From the NCBI RefSeq assembly GCF_964355755.1, contig NC_092670.1, positions 18,152,795-18,216,794 on the forward strand: a stretch of 64,000 nt of DNA, written 5' to 3'. Positions 1 to 13,008 of the stretch are shown here, piece by piece. Every line of letters starts with the position of its first letter. Positions within the stretch are counted from its first letter, which is position 1. The notes below the pieces were generated by a model. That model was given only the letters and a program-made list of their open reading frames with translations, made no database searches and was not told where the DNA came from. Source of the DNA: Antedon mediterranea. Its lineage: Eukaryota > Animalia > Echinodermata. Position numbers and translations under genes: made by a program.

Positions 1-995
1 GAGCACAATATTGCAATCGGATAACAAAAACCCCTGGAAGTGGGTGCGTTTTCTGTGAAAAAAAATAACTGGTTATAATCGTGTAAATAAAGTAACCCCA
101 ATTTCTTGGCAGCAGAAGCGCAAATAAAGATTTGATCGACAGCTGTTATAGTATTTTCAACGTTTAATCACCTGATTATATTTTTTTAGTGACCAACCAC
201 AAATTTAAACAGTTTGATTTGAGGGCAGGAAAATGATATTGTTGAATTAACCGGTTTATTCAGCACTGCAGCAGAAACAGGCCCCTAACAGCAAGCATTA
301 TTTTAAGAATAAAGTCACAAATCATTCATTATTACTGTGAGAAAAATGGACCGCATTTCCTTATGATAAAACTGTTTTGTTTTTTTCTTAGGCATAATAA
401 ATTAATCTGTGTTTGGAAATCTAACCTACTTCTCTATTAAAGACGCTTCCATTTGACGTCAAGAAGTGGAGTTTATGAAGTTTTAAAAGAGTTGGCATGG
501 TAATGATCAGGCCTGCTGCTACACAAGGTAAATAGCCTTAAACATGTGTTGAGAAACATATATTTACCCGCTGTTTCATTTGTCTATAAACCTCTTTCCT
601 ACTGCTGAAATATATTGTACTGTAATCAGGCAGGTTAATACACTATTCAAACTTTTTATGTCTTTTTGCTTGACGTCAACGAAACTGGTATGAGTTTCAG
701 AAGCTTTATAAGAACATCATTGTTCATGTCATTATATTGGTATGATGGATGGGGTGGGTTATATGATACCAGCACCCATGATTTCAATTTTATAAGTTCA
801 TTCAGAAACTAAATCTCGGAGGTTGTTCCAAAAGTAAATTAAATAAAAAGATAAACTTGAAAGTATGTGTACATGTAGTAAAGCATGTAGACACTGTGAA
901 AACGTGATACCATTTGGTGCATTTTGTGTTAATCTATCTGATTTGAATCTTGTCATGTACCTGATGAGAATACTGTATTAATCTTAGCTACAGAT

Positions 996-1229
996 ACTCT
1001 ATTCTATTCTATACAGGTTTTTGTATGGCACTTTACAAAGAACAGAGCGCCTAACAATACTTAGTAATTAATTAAAAAGAAAAGTTTTAAGTTGACGTTT
1101 GAATAGAAGTGCTGAATTCGCTCCTCTCAAATCGACAGGTAGCGCGTTTCAGATCCGCGGAGCAGCGACAGAAAACGCATTGTCACCAGCTTTCCGATTA
1201 GATTGTGGAATGAAAAGTCGGGTGGGATT
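996..1229 (-). mobile_element. L2/CR1-clade LINE 3' fragment
   Basis: Reverse strand translates NPTRLFIPQSNRKAGDNAFSVAAPRI*NALPVDLRGANSALLFKRQLKTFLF, a typical L2 ORF2 C-terminus with W mutated to stop. It is followed by a short tail and (TAGAA)n. Confidence 0.8.
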
Positions 1230-3321
1230 ATGAATTTTACATTTAGTTAAATTAAAATTTAATTAAATATGTGTAGCGGAAATTACATTATTTCTCTTAC
1301 AATCAGTACAACCAGTCAGATATTTTTAATTACAGTTGGATATATATTATTTGACATTATAATCACCCATTCAAAGAAGAAAAAAAGATGATTTTAGGGG
1401 AACAATTGTATCCTTAACATATCTTGCCATAGTGGGATTTCTTCATTCTCTTCAGGAGCTCAATAAAGTACAAATTTGTTTTTGAGATGACAAACTATAT
1501 TAGAGTTTAATCTGTTTATGAAAACATGTGTAGTATCATTTCCTACCTTGTCTTATGCAGATTATATAACCATAGAAAAAAATGACTTGTTCGCAGGTCG
1601 TGCTGGGGTCACATTTACGACTTGTTTTTAAAAGGATAATCCCTGTCCTAATATAGGGATTCTAAACACACACAACCCGCAGGTAAATAAACAAATTCAG
1701 TGTCATGACGGGGTCATTTTCATACCTGTTTCAAACAGTAATGCATTCTCTGGATTCAGACACACCTGTCTCTGCTATGTTTATTTTAATTCTTGGACAA
1801 GTATAATTATATGTTTGAAAAATCGTGGTTGATGCATTTATCAAATGTTGAACTGTCTGCCACTTTTGCGGTGTATAGTCTATTTTGAAAGAAAATATTG
1901 AGTCTCGGTGAGCTATATTGACGATCGAAAAATAATTTATCATAATTTTTTTCGTTATTAAATGATATCACCAATTTTTTAAATACAAAGAAAGTACCCT
2001 ACAGGTGCTGGTAAAAATTGATATTTAAAAGAAATTTTCAAAGAAAGGTCAGAGGTCAGATAGGATATAAAGAAATTTTATGAACAGTTTTATGTTTCCC
2101 CAACTCAGACAGTGTCGTATGACGAGGCCCGACGAGTCGTCTCATCAGGAGAAAATTAAACATGTTTAAAGATCTCGCGACGACCTAAAACCTATTCCCG
2201 AAGCTATCTCAAGACAACCATTTTGTCGGGATTCAACTGGGACAGCACCAACAAGTCAACACGCTGTCTGAATTTCAAATTTATTCTTCTGGAATTACTC
2301 TTTAAGATTTACAGATGTTCCAACTCCACGTTCACAATTTTGGGAGTTTTACATTATTGTTAATGAAGCTGATTTGATATGTTGTTTAACATATTTGACA
2401 CATTTTAACAAATAGGACATATTTTTAATTTATCGCAAAATATCTCAATCGGCATTTAAATGTTACTAGAGGTGCGTCTAGCAACTAATCGGATGTATTT
2501 ATTTATTTATTAGAAATTTGGCAAATAGCTCAAGAGGAAACTATGGGCCAATGGCCCAACACAGAAGTGGTTAGATTTAAAAATAACCTTCTAAAAACTA
2601 GAATTTAGACAGTAAATTAAATTTACAATATTCTATTATTAAAATTAATTCTTTAAAAAATTGTTCAATCACTATGCCATAATGAAAATATTCATAAAAT
2701 ATAGAACTTAAAAAAGAACAGTTTTTTACAAATTCATTTTGTGCCTGGCATCAGACTATCTTCAATCATTATCATACATTAACATTTAGCATCATCTGTA
2801 AATCATACTTTTATGTTAACCTCATCGACATTATCATCTTAGTCCGACATATGATATATTATGTTCCGTGCAGAATGTACCATCCGTCGTCGTCGTTGTC
2901 GGTATTACAGTTCCCAGTGCCCTATATATCATAACCTGAATGAATTGCAAATAGTCACCAACACTGTTCTACTCTGTTTTGAATCATTCAATTTATTTCA
3001 CATGATAAAAACTATATTAAGCTTCCTTATATTTATAGCAGACCCAAATATTTACGCATAACTTTAAAAAAAAATGTTAAAAACAGTTTTCTATCCATTT
3101 AGAATTATACAGTTACTGTAGTTTCATTCATTACATTTGTGTTCACAGTACATAACGACAATGAAATCTATATTAAACTTTCTTTTGTAATTACGAAGAC
3201 ATCATATCATCTTCGACATTCATTGATTCCTCATTAAACAAAGTGTGTTATCAATATCCTTGTTTTAACGTAATAAAGTTGTATTATTTTCTCATCCAAC
3301 GCCATATATTTTATCTGCCGT

Positions 3322-3497
3322 CACTCCTCTGACATCAAATCATGGCTATCAGTTCTCTGTTGTCATACTCTTACGGTGGACAAACTTTTTTCATTTGTTG
3401 TAACCTCTCCTTGGAACAACCTACCTTTGGTCAAACATTCACCCACGCTTGATTCATTTAAAATTAATTTAAACACTCTTTTATTTACCAAATTTCG
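3322..3497 (+). mobile_element. Degenerate L2/CR1-clade LINE 3' fragment
   Basis: Frameshifted remnant ..YGGQTF / FSFVVTSPWNNLPLVKHSPTLDSFKINLNTLLF; related copy at about 6512-6680. Confidence 0.6.
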
Positions 3498-3565
3498 GGA
3501 TATATATTTTTTTTGGAATTACCAAAATATTATTTGTTTGATACTACTATTTAGTAGTCGGCATA

Positions 3566-4059
3566 CAGTGGCGTAACAGGCGGGGGGCAGGGGGCGGAAT
3601 ACCCCCCTGGCGGATTTTACCGGGTTGAGAAGCGTTCGATCGGGCTGGGTAACAAGTAAAAAAAATCCCATACTTAATCTTTCAGTCTTCTAACCGGAAA
3701 AATTACTACCTTTGCCAGGCGCGGATCCAATGTTAGATTGGGTTTTCACGTGTTCAAATGTTATGTCACCTGTGTTTTTAACGGTGGAAAATGTACGATC
3801 ATTTTGCTGATTGCTGTGCAAAAAATGGGAGTGTTATTTCCAGGCCAACTACTACTAGTTGGAGGCGCCATTTATCATGAATTTTATGTGCGAGAGTAGG
3901 CCTACCATTTCCGACGATCTAGGGGTGTCATTTACCAAAATTCGCTTCGCCACAGCACCCACCATTGGGGGGCTGTGACTCAAGTACTTGGTGTCTGGAA
4001 GGATCAGCCCCTGTTTCCCCCCCCCCCCCCCCTGACAAGACCCCCTTGTTACGCGGCTG
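3566..4059. mobile_element. hAT-type non-autonomous element (MITE), 494 bp
   Basis: Imperfect TIRs CAGTGGCGTAACA / TGTTACGCGGCTG and a perfect 8-bp TSD TCGGCATA (3558-3565, 4060-4067). Confidence 0.88.
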
Positions 4060-4504
4060 TCGGCATATTATACTTGTAATGTATATGATATCAATATAGC
4101 AAGGAAACATCTGTATAAGCCTATGCGAGGGTTAACAACACTTGCCAGACTGGGGGTGGGAAATGATTCTATGATTGAAATGCAGCCAGTAGCAGGTGAA
4201 TAAACCTGTATCTCATGTCATCGTCTGTAAATGTTATTTCATAGAAGTCATGTTGTATTAGACGTGTATCTTAAGTTTGAATGAACATACATCACTGTCA
4301 CTGTTGAGCACAATGCTTCTTTCAAGCCTGTAGCCAGGATTTTCACTAGGGAATTCTTTTTTCCTCAAAAGGGGCCAAGTGTAACACTTAATAGATGAAA
4401 GTAATGTGTCTGCTGCATCGTCCAACAGCCAAAATAGAATGCACAACAAATTATATTATATTTTTGAATAATATTATTGATTCCAGATTCTGGCATTTAC
4501 AATG

Positions 4505-5098
4505 TAATGCAAGTGTCTGTAATTTGTCCATTCTCATGAAAAGTTTGTTGACACCCATCTTTTTTACAGGTATGATAAATACCTTATCTTTCTGTTATCA
4601 TGTTAAAAGTCTAATTTGTACATTTGAGGTTAACATTTAAACTAGAATACACAGCTAATCTATTATATTATTTAATAATGTTATGTTATCTACATGTGTG
4701 GTATGTACAGTATGTTATGCAATTGCACCCTGTCTATGTAATTTCCATCCTCATGAAAAATTTGTTATTGTTATGAAAATTTTTTACAGAAAGATAAATA
4801 CCTTATCTTTCTGTTATCATGTTAAAAGTCCAATTTGTACATTCTCCTCAAACCATGTTACATTTGAAGTTAACATAAACTAGAAAACACAGCTAATATA
4901 TTATTTAATAATATTATTTTATATTCACAGTACATTGTGGCTTATACTGTATGTTAAATGCAATTGTACCTTGTTTATGTAATTTCCATCATTCTCATAA
5001 AAAGTTTGTTGACACCAATCTTTTTTTACCTTATCTTTCTGTTATGTTAAAAGTCCAATTTGTACATTCTCTCTTCAAACCACTTACATTTGAGGTTA
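4505..5098. repeat. Diverged tandem triplication, about 210-240-bp unit
   Basis: ccttatctttctgtt..atgttaaaagtc(t/c)aatttgtacatt recurs at about 4582, 4801 and 5028, with shared flanks. Confidence 0.8.
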
Positions 5099-6511
5099 TG
5101 TCACTCACTACAGATAGAGTAAATTTGTTTGCTTTAGTTTGTGTACTGTATGATGATAGGCAATGTGGTTCTCATGTTTACACTATGTCAGTTTGATACA
5201 ATAACCTTTTGTCATTGGTTGTTTGTGTTTATATTTAATGGGAATGCATCATAACAAACATGTAATGGTATAAATTTGCAAATTAGTATATTAGGTAGCC
5301 CTAACTATCTGGTAGACAAATTGATAACAAGTAATCATTTTCATTAATTTTTTCACAAAACTGACCTGTCCATTACAGGAAAATAGTGAGAAACATAGAG
5401 GTTAGTGTACAACACTTACTTGGATACGAAAGTCACGATTTTGACAACCAACCAATAACATTTACTTTTGCATCAGATGTTCGCTCTCATCTTTGAAAAC
5501 TTCAGTTTGTAACTAAAGTGTTAGTTAATCAAATTTAAACATTTAAATTAATTCGTGGAGGAATTATTAGTTTAGAAGGAGGACACTAAATTCATCCATG
5601 GTTACTGTAAGTCTAATGTGACCGTGCTTGCTAAAAACGAAAGAAAAATTCTATGGATCTGAACATACCTTGAATCTCATTGTGCCAGTATGTATAAATA
5701 CATTTGAATGTTACTTATTTTTTTCACATTATTAAAAAGAAAACAGAAAAATGCTTGTAACCTGTTCAATGATTTATACCTTTGCTGGCTCACCTTTTAA
5801 CACTGCCATGTTTCTCTACCATAATTCTTTCTTAAGAACTGGAGTTATGCAGAAACCTGTGTAAAATTAGACATGCTCTTGATCATGTAGATGCATGTAA
5901 ATTACCCAATAGTTTATACTGTCAGCGATTGATTGCAATGAGTTATTGCATTTTCCTGGAAAGAAAGTTTCTTCTATTTGGTCAGCTCGACTGTAAACGT
6001 GTCCAAATGCTTCACTGAGGCTTTTTTACAATTATACTGTTTTACTTGAGTACATCAACAGATCGTTAAAAATCTTTGTGTTGTACTAGAAGTGTATGCA
6101 CTTCTGAAATGAATTTCTAGGAAAGCAGCTCATAATTATTAAAACTTGTTTATTTAAGACCCATAATATTTATAGTTAATTAGTTGTATTAAATTCAAGT
6201 TGTAAACTTTCATTAGCTTTCTTGGTTTACCACAAAATGTGACATCAATATTAGCAAGAACCAGGATGTGGTACTCGTACTCATGAGTAGAGATGCCCAT
6301 ATTAGGGAACGTTTAATCTGCAAGGACTTTGAAGTCATTTTAAGTCTTTTTATGTATTTTACATATTAAAATATGTAAAATACAATACAGTCTTCATTAT
6401 CACACTAGGTGTGCCAAATAGGGTATGATATGCCCAAATATGGTAGTGTGGCACATCACATTTTTTTGTCACATAAAGTTTGATAATGTAGACAAAGCTT
6501 AAGTCATCATT

Positions 6512-6680
6512 CACCTTCGTTCCTCTGACAAATCATTGCTATATGTTCCCCGTTTCCGTACTATCACTTACGGTGGACAATACACCTTTCCCTTTATTGC
6601 ATTCTTTTTGGAACTCCAACCATTTGTCAAACCTTCATTCATTATTTTAAAATAAATTTATTTATTCAAAAAAATTCACC
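6512..6680 (+). mobile_element. Degenerate L2/CR1-clade LINE 3' fragment (second copy)
   Basis: Translates HLRSSDKSLLYVPRFRTITYGGQ and shares cttacggtggacaa with 3369. Confidence 0.6.
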
Positions 6681-7856
6681 ATTACAAGCCCTAATTTTTA
6701 AATTCTGAACGCAATGCTGCTAAAGGTCTGTTTTTTAATTTCAAAATATGTTAGTTATACAAGATTTGGAACTTTAAATTGATTTACCAGAAAATATTTA
6801 TATGGTAGTTATATAACATTGGAAACTTCAAATTAATTTACCAGCAAATATGGTAGTTTTATAAAAATTGGAAACTTTAAATTGATTTACCAGATATACA
6901 GTATTATAAGCAGCAGTGCAGTTTTATTGGCATATTTATTTTGTCTTTCAAACAATGGGATATTTTTCTTCAGGTGTATGAACGATTGGAAATGTGTTCA
7001 CCATATTTGAAACGACTTCATGAGTCTATAGCGTGAAAGTCCCTGAGGACGTTGTTGAAAGCTTCTTGACACGATGATAGAAGCGTCTGTGACCGTACCG
7101 TCTTTTTTCTTGTGAGTTGTCGGCAAGATACCACATGTTTGTATTATAAGCCGCTTTCTATTTAACTTTTGTATGTCTATGTTTAAAAGCAGTTACCGAT
7201 GCAAATGTCTTTACAGCCAGAAAGTGTTCATCGTAATTTATATCCAGGGGCTATTTATTTCTTCGAAATAAAAAACCATTGAAGCTGCTTTATATTACTT
7301 TCTGTAGGGTTTGAAAATCATAGCAGTGAAATAGAATCCGTCATTAACATGGTCAGATCAAAGACATACAACATTCTGATTTTTCATTTTAACACAATAT
7401 CCTTTATGGGGTTGCTTTAAGTTTAAACTTGAGGTGATATTTGTTTCTTGTAATACAAGCAATATATACCTTGAAAGTACATAATCATACATATTCATGA
7501 TATTCTGAATAACCTAAATGTAAAAGAATAGAATAACCTGTATTTAAACTAAGCTTAAATGAAGGATTAATTGATAATCTTATTCTTCAACTATTTTATT
7601 TTACAGTAGTATAATTCTAGGATTAACATTCAATCAATCGATTTTATGTTTTAGTAAAAAAAAAAATGTAATTTATTAATTTCAAGATTAAGCCAAAGCA
7701 AACTTTAATATTGTGTGGCAATTTTTAGCTGCAACACAAAATAGCAAATTCTGGTAAACTTTGCAGGATGTTGTCAAAACCAATCATCCACACTTGTTGA
7801 ATTTGAACCGTGTAAAAATAAAAGCGATAAAACATCCGATTACTGTATGTTTTAGT

Positions 7857-8090
7857 ATTTTTAGTTGTGATTTGCAGTTGCAAGTAGTTTTTAGCTACAA
7901 CACAATTCATACTTTAATTTAACTACTTTCAAATAAAAGAGATTACAACGGATCCATTAAATGTATTTAATATTTTTAGTTGTGATTTGCAAGTAGTTTT
8001 TAGCTACAACACAATTCATACTTTAATTTAACTACTTTCAAATAAAAGAGATTACAACGGATCAATTAAATGTATTTAATATTTTTAGTT
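7857..8090. repeat. Near-identical tandem duplication, about 110-115 bp
   Basis: tatttttagttgtgatttgca...gattacaacggatc.attaaatgtatttaa occurs twice, plus the start of a third copy. Confidence 0.85.
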
Positions 8091-8419
8091 GCGGTTTGTA
8101 GTACAGTCATTTTTTTTCTTCATCTACACTGTATTTATTCAACTACCATGTAATCCACCATGTTAGCATATATGTTTTTGTAACAGTTTCTGATATTCAA
8201 AGATGTTATCATTTTCAGGGCCGTAGTTTATAATATCTTAATACCTTAAAATGATGAAATGAGCTGGCCTTAAGTTAGTGTCTTACCAAACCATGTCTTT
8301 TTTTACATATCATTGCACTATAACATGTGTACTATCAGTATTAATGTTATTACTTATAGTTATTTCCATTGACAATGAATTGGTAGGACGCAAAACAGAA
8401 GGCTGTGACAAAAATCATT

Positions 8420-8840
8420 GTCTGAAAAGGCCATGTATGCCTGTAAGAAGCTTTACATGACTGTCTGCCCTCCGTGTCTGATAGGGACCTTACAGTACAT
8501 CTGATACTAGGGACCTTACATGTGAATAGTGTGAATACAATACATGTCTGGTTGAAAGTTCTCACCTGAAAGTTTTACAAGCCTGTCTGAAAGGACCTGT
8601 CTAAAAGGGACATGTCTGTCTGAAAAGTACATTACATGTCTGTCTGAAAGGGGCCTTAGATGTCTTGTCTTAAAGGGACCTTACATGTCTGTCTGAAAAA
8701 GGGGCCTTATGTTAAATGTCTGTCTGAAAGGGGCTTTATGCGTGTTTCTGAAAGGAGCCTTTTACTTGTGTTTCTGGAAAGGCGCCTTACGTATGTTTTT
8801 AAAAGGAGCCTTCTGTCAAAAAGGAGCCTTTAAAAAAGGG
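8420..8840. repeat. Degenerate minisatellite, about 24-bp unit like GTCTGAAAGGGACCTTACAT
   Basis: Many variants of tgtctgaaagggnccttacatg. Confidence 0.7.
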
Positions 8841-10634
8841 CAAAATTCTTATTGATTTACATTAGACACTGTTCATACAAAGACGTGTATGCAAGTACCT
8901 TGTGAAATGCATTCTATATTGATCAGTAACATCTATACATTCGTCGTGTCAAATTATCCTTTTGAGTCATTATGCTAGCATCTGTCAGTCAATACAGCTA
9001 GACTCTCCCAGGGTTTTCCTTCAAATTTCCCAGGTACCACTTAAATGATTATACTCCACACCCTGGATGTTATAATTTAAGTAGAATCTACTCCTTTATT
9101 TATTATCATTCGTTTTATGTTTATAAAGCAATTGAAACAAGAAAGCATTTTAGGATCTATTAACTATTAATTCTCAGAAGTATATTGAACATAAAACCAC
9201 TACAGTGCATGATCTATAGTATATAGCACTCATGTATATAGCACGCATCAGGGATTATTTCCCTACAGGCAGAGAGCACTATGGCCGTGCACGTTGACCA
9301 TCAGCCATCAGCCATAAATCTGTCATTAATCATACATTGTTGTACATCAGCACGTTTTCCTTTCCTTGTCATATGTCTTCCTTGTAAGAAATCAAGATAA
9401 TATTACACATTGAATGTGTCAGATGAAATAAACAGATGTCTAAGAATATATTTAAAAATGAATTATAAGTCTTGCTACGTTTTTCAGGTCGTTATGTCAT
9501 ACATCAGCCAGGGGTAAATTGTTAGATAAAATCAAATCCCAGAGGGGTAGACGAGTGAGACAGGCCTCATAGTACAACAGTTTGAATTCTGCTGTGGCTA
9601 AAAGAGTGATTTAAAATCATTATTGCATTATTTTAATCTACCCTAGAATCTACCTAGATGCACTTTGAACAAAAATTATCTAACCTGCAAATGGGAATTA
9701 GAATGTAGACCATTTGAATACCGTGTATTGTTGAATTACGACTCTGTGTGGTTTGTATATGTATAGAAGATAACGTGAACATTATTGGTAAAACACTGTA
9801 AATTTGAACAGGTTAATACGAAGAGACGGGTGAGTTGACGCAAAGTAAATACTCTAGTTTTATGTACTAATAGTAATACAGTTAAGCCTAGTTAAATGCA
9901 TGTACACAATACTAGTATAGTAACACCATAGAAATATAAGAAATTGTTAACCCATTTAACTTCTAAAGCCACAATTTCACTGGACATTTGGGTAAAATTG
10001 ACCAGCCAGCTGGCTTTGTCCCGTGTGTTTCGGTTTGTTTATTTTTTTTTTATCAACATATGTTGTGCAGGGGCAGCTTAAGCAAAATACATCGCTGTAA
10101 AACTCAAATGAACCCCCTAACCCTCGTATTGAATTAATCCATGTGTGAACATTAGGTAGTCACTATTTTTTTTATAGATTTTGAACCAAATTGTGATTCT
10201 CATTTTTTCTTCTTGTAAAAGTACAAAAAGTAAAGTTAGAAAACCAGTTCATTCCACGACCTCTGACTGAGTACATGTCAATCATCCATGCTTGATTGCT
10301 TCCAATTGTATAACTGACTGAATTATTTTATAAAATGTGTAACTTGACAGGGCAGCAGTCACTTTCGTGGTTTGTAAAGCATGGGTCGCAACACAGTTTA
10401 CAATGTCATGCTAAAAGATTATTACAATTTATTTGTAGCCCTTTGATGAAAGTAGATTTAAAGGTAGATTTATAACGTATCCGATTTCTGTTCTAATTTG
10501 TTGGAATGGTTTGGGCCCACACATTGTTGAAAGGTGTTGATTGTGTTCTTGTACTGTTTTATAGTAACTAAGTAGTAGCTAGTAGGATTTGCTCTGAAAC
10601 TGATTCACACGTACAATACACGATGTATAACCAA

Positions 10635-11278
10635 CCTGGGGGGGTCACTCTTAAATATTTCCATTTAGGGAGGTGCCGCATTTACGGGTATATTTTTGAG
10701 GGCCTGGTAGCACAAGTGTGGGAAAATATGGAGAGTTGGTAGCACAAGTGTGGGAAATGACAGGGTGAGTAGTTTAAGTCCCTGGCCCGCCCACCCGTGT
10801 CAAAATGTCACGATTTATCGCCAAATTTTGCAGGTATTTTGGCATACTGGATGGTATAAGCCCGGCTATATAAGCCCATTGCTAAATACCTTTGAATAAA
10901 CCTAGAGTTTTCGCATCAGCAGAAGTACACGAAACATAGCCTAGGACAAAATCATTTAACTGTGACCACTCTTGATCATCGTTGTCATGCACCACGGACG
11001 CGCGATTAACTTGTCAAAACACGTTCGTGATTTGCCATGAACGCTCTCTTTGGCCATGCGCAGATCATGCCGGGAACCAGTACTAATATTGCGCCCTCTC
11101 TGGCGTAGCCTTGTTTCTGCCGTCATTTTAGAGAACACTGGATTTTGGTAAATGGTAGTTCAAGTTCGTAGTATTTTTCAGTAAAACAGGTAGCGCAAGT
11201 GCCTCATGTCTTGAAGTGGCTGCTGCACCCCCCCCCCCCCCCCCCCGTTTGGTTTATATACAAGTGAAACCCCCCGGG
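10635..11278. mobile_element. Non-autonomous DNA transposon with CCYGGGGGG termini, 644 bp
   Basis: TIRs CCTGGG(G)nTCAC / GTGAAACCCCCCGGG, perfect 8-bp TSD ATAACCAA (10627-10634, 11279-11286), internal repeats GGTAGCACAAGTGTGGGAAA. Confidence 0.85.
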
Positions 11279-12740
11279 ATAACCAAATGTAAGCATAATG
11301 TAACAAATTGGTATCTTGCAAATGCCTTCAAACTTTTTTTTGTTATTGCTTAATGTACGTTGTTGTCTTTTATGTCAAAGTCTGTAAATAAATATTATGA
11401 AACTTGAACGTGTGACTTAGCGTAAATGTTAGCGACATCTGCGAATCTGCGAACTTAATTCAATACATTTTGTTTGTCTATACAGATTGTTCCTTTTGTT
11501 TAGGGATTTGAACAATAATTTTTTTAAATATTGACTATCCTTTAAAAAAAAATGTGTGGATTAAAGAGCGCCAGTAGAAGTAGAAGTTTAGTTGCAACAA
11601 GAGTAGCCAACAGATGTAGTCTAATTCATGCATTTGGTTCCCCTGGTGTGTTAAACCTACAACTGGATTACAGTACTAACATGACATCAACAGATGCATA
11701 CATCCATTATGATCCTATCTTTCGTAATATTGTTTTAATTAACTATCAATGAGTCGAGCGGCGTTTTTTGTAAAAAATGTTTCTTGTTTTTTTTTTTTCC
11801 TTGTATATACCACGACAATATTTGGATACAGACAGGAATTGGGCTATGTTTGATGTCATCTGAAAACCGAAACTTATTTTTGAAACGGAGTTGCATAGTA
11901 TGCATATGTAATTTATGGCATCAGTCTGAGTGAGATGTATAACATGCGTACTCATTCTCCCAAACTCGTACCTAATTTCAACAACGATTAATTTCACCTC
12001 CAAGAAATCAATTCATTCTTTAAAACCAATAAATCCAATTGGAGTTAAAAGGTCTAATATTCAATCTTCATGAAAGTGACAACCTGAACACTAGACTGTG
12101 ATCTTAAAAGTGCATTCTGATTTCTTAACCGAACCAATCTATAGAGTTGACGAAATGTAATAGTTCGTATTTAGAATGAGGTTAACAATCATGCATCATG
12201 TAAGCTGCATTAGTTAATATGTCAAGCTGTTGTGTTTGATTGATAGACATAAATTACCTTCTAGTACCCTAAGCACTATTTTATATTTTCTGGGACTTAA
12301 AACATATAATCTAGATTATATATTGCAGCATAACTACTACACTTGTTTCATTATGGTAATCTGCTGTATGTTTGTTTAAAGCCTCATCAACATAATCTTT
12401 TATTTTTTACACATCTGTTCGAATAATTCTACTTTAAATGTAATAACATTGTTCATTTACGTATTATTATTACAATATATATAAGTATTGTGAATTGTTC
12501 GCAATTTAACTGAAGGTAAGAAATGCAAGACATTTGCAGACCCATTCAGTGTTCTCGCAAAATAGAAATACAATCTGGCAAAATAAAGCGAAGTACAGTA
12601 CCAAATTATTGATATACTATAAAGACTAATCTACCAAAAATATAATAAAATCAAATATAAATATTGTACTTTATCCAGTAATTGACAAAATATAGCTCTC
12701 GATTGCTTTAGTCTATGTTTTTAGCTTTCGATTGCTCTTA

Positions 12741-13008
12741 AGCCTGGTTTCCATTAAAATCGCTACAGCGTTTCCATTAAAATCGCTACACGCGCAGATG
12801 TCGCCGACGCAATCTGAAAGGCTCCCCGATTCATCGCAGTCAAATCGGCAAAGTTCAACCATGTTCAACTTTGCCGATTGTGTCGGCAATGAATCGTATA
12901 CGCGTACCAAAGAATATTTAGCCCTCGCGTACTAGATCCCCGATAAATTCTAGCGTTTCCATAGAATCGCTACGCTCTGTCGTGTAGCGATTTTATGGAA
13001 ACCAGGCT
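12741..13008. mobile_element. PIF/Harbinger-like MITE
   Basis: TIRs AGCCTGGTTTCCAT(T)AAAATCGCTACA / TGTAGCGATTTTATGGAAACCAGGCT with TTA/TAA flanks; CpG-rich interior. Confidence 0.85.

Noticed and set aside
1731-1943. Minus-strand 70-aa ORF with an internal acceptor-like site
   Set aside because: No recognisable homology or partner exons.
2100-2150. Hammerhead candidate on the minus strand (CTGATGA-GACGACTCGTC); also CTGATGA at 961 and CTGAGGA at about 7043
   Set aside because: No correctly placed GAAA after a helix II, or no helix II pairing.
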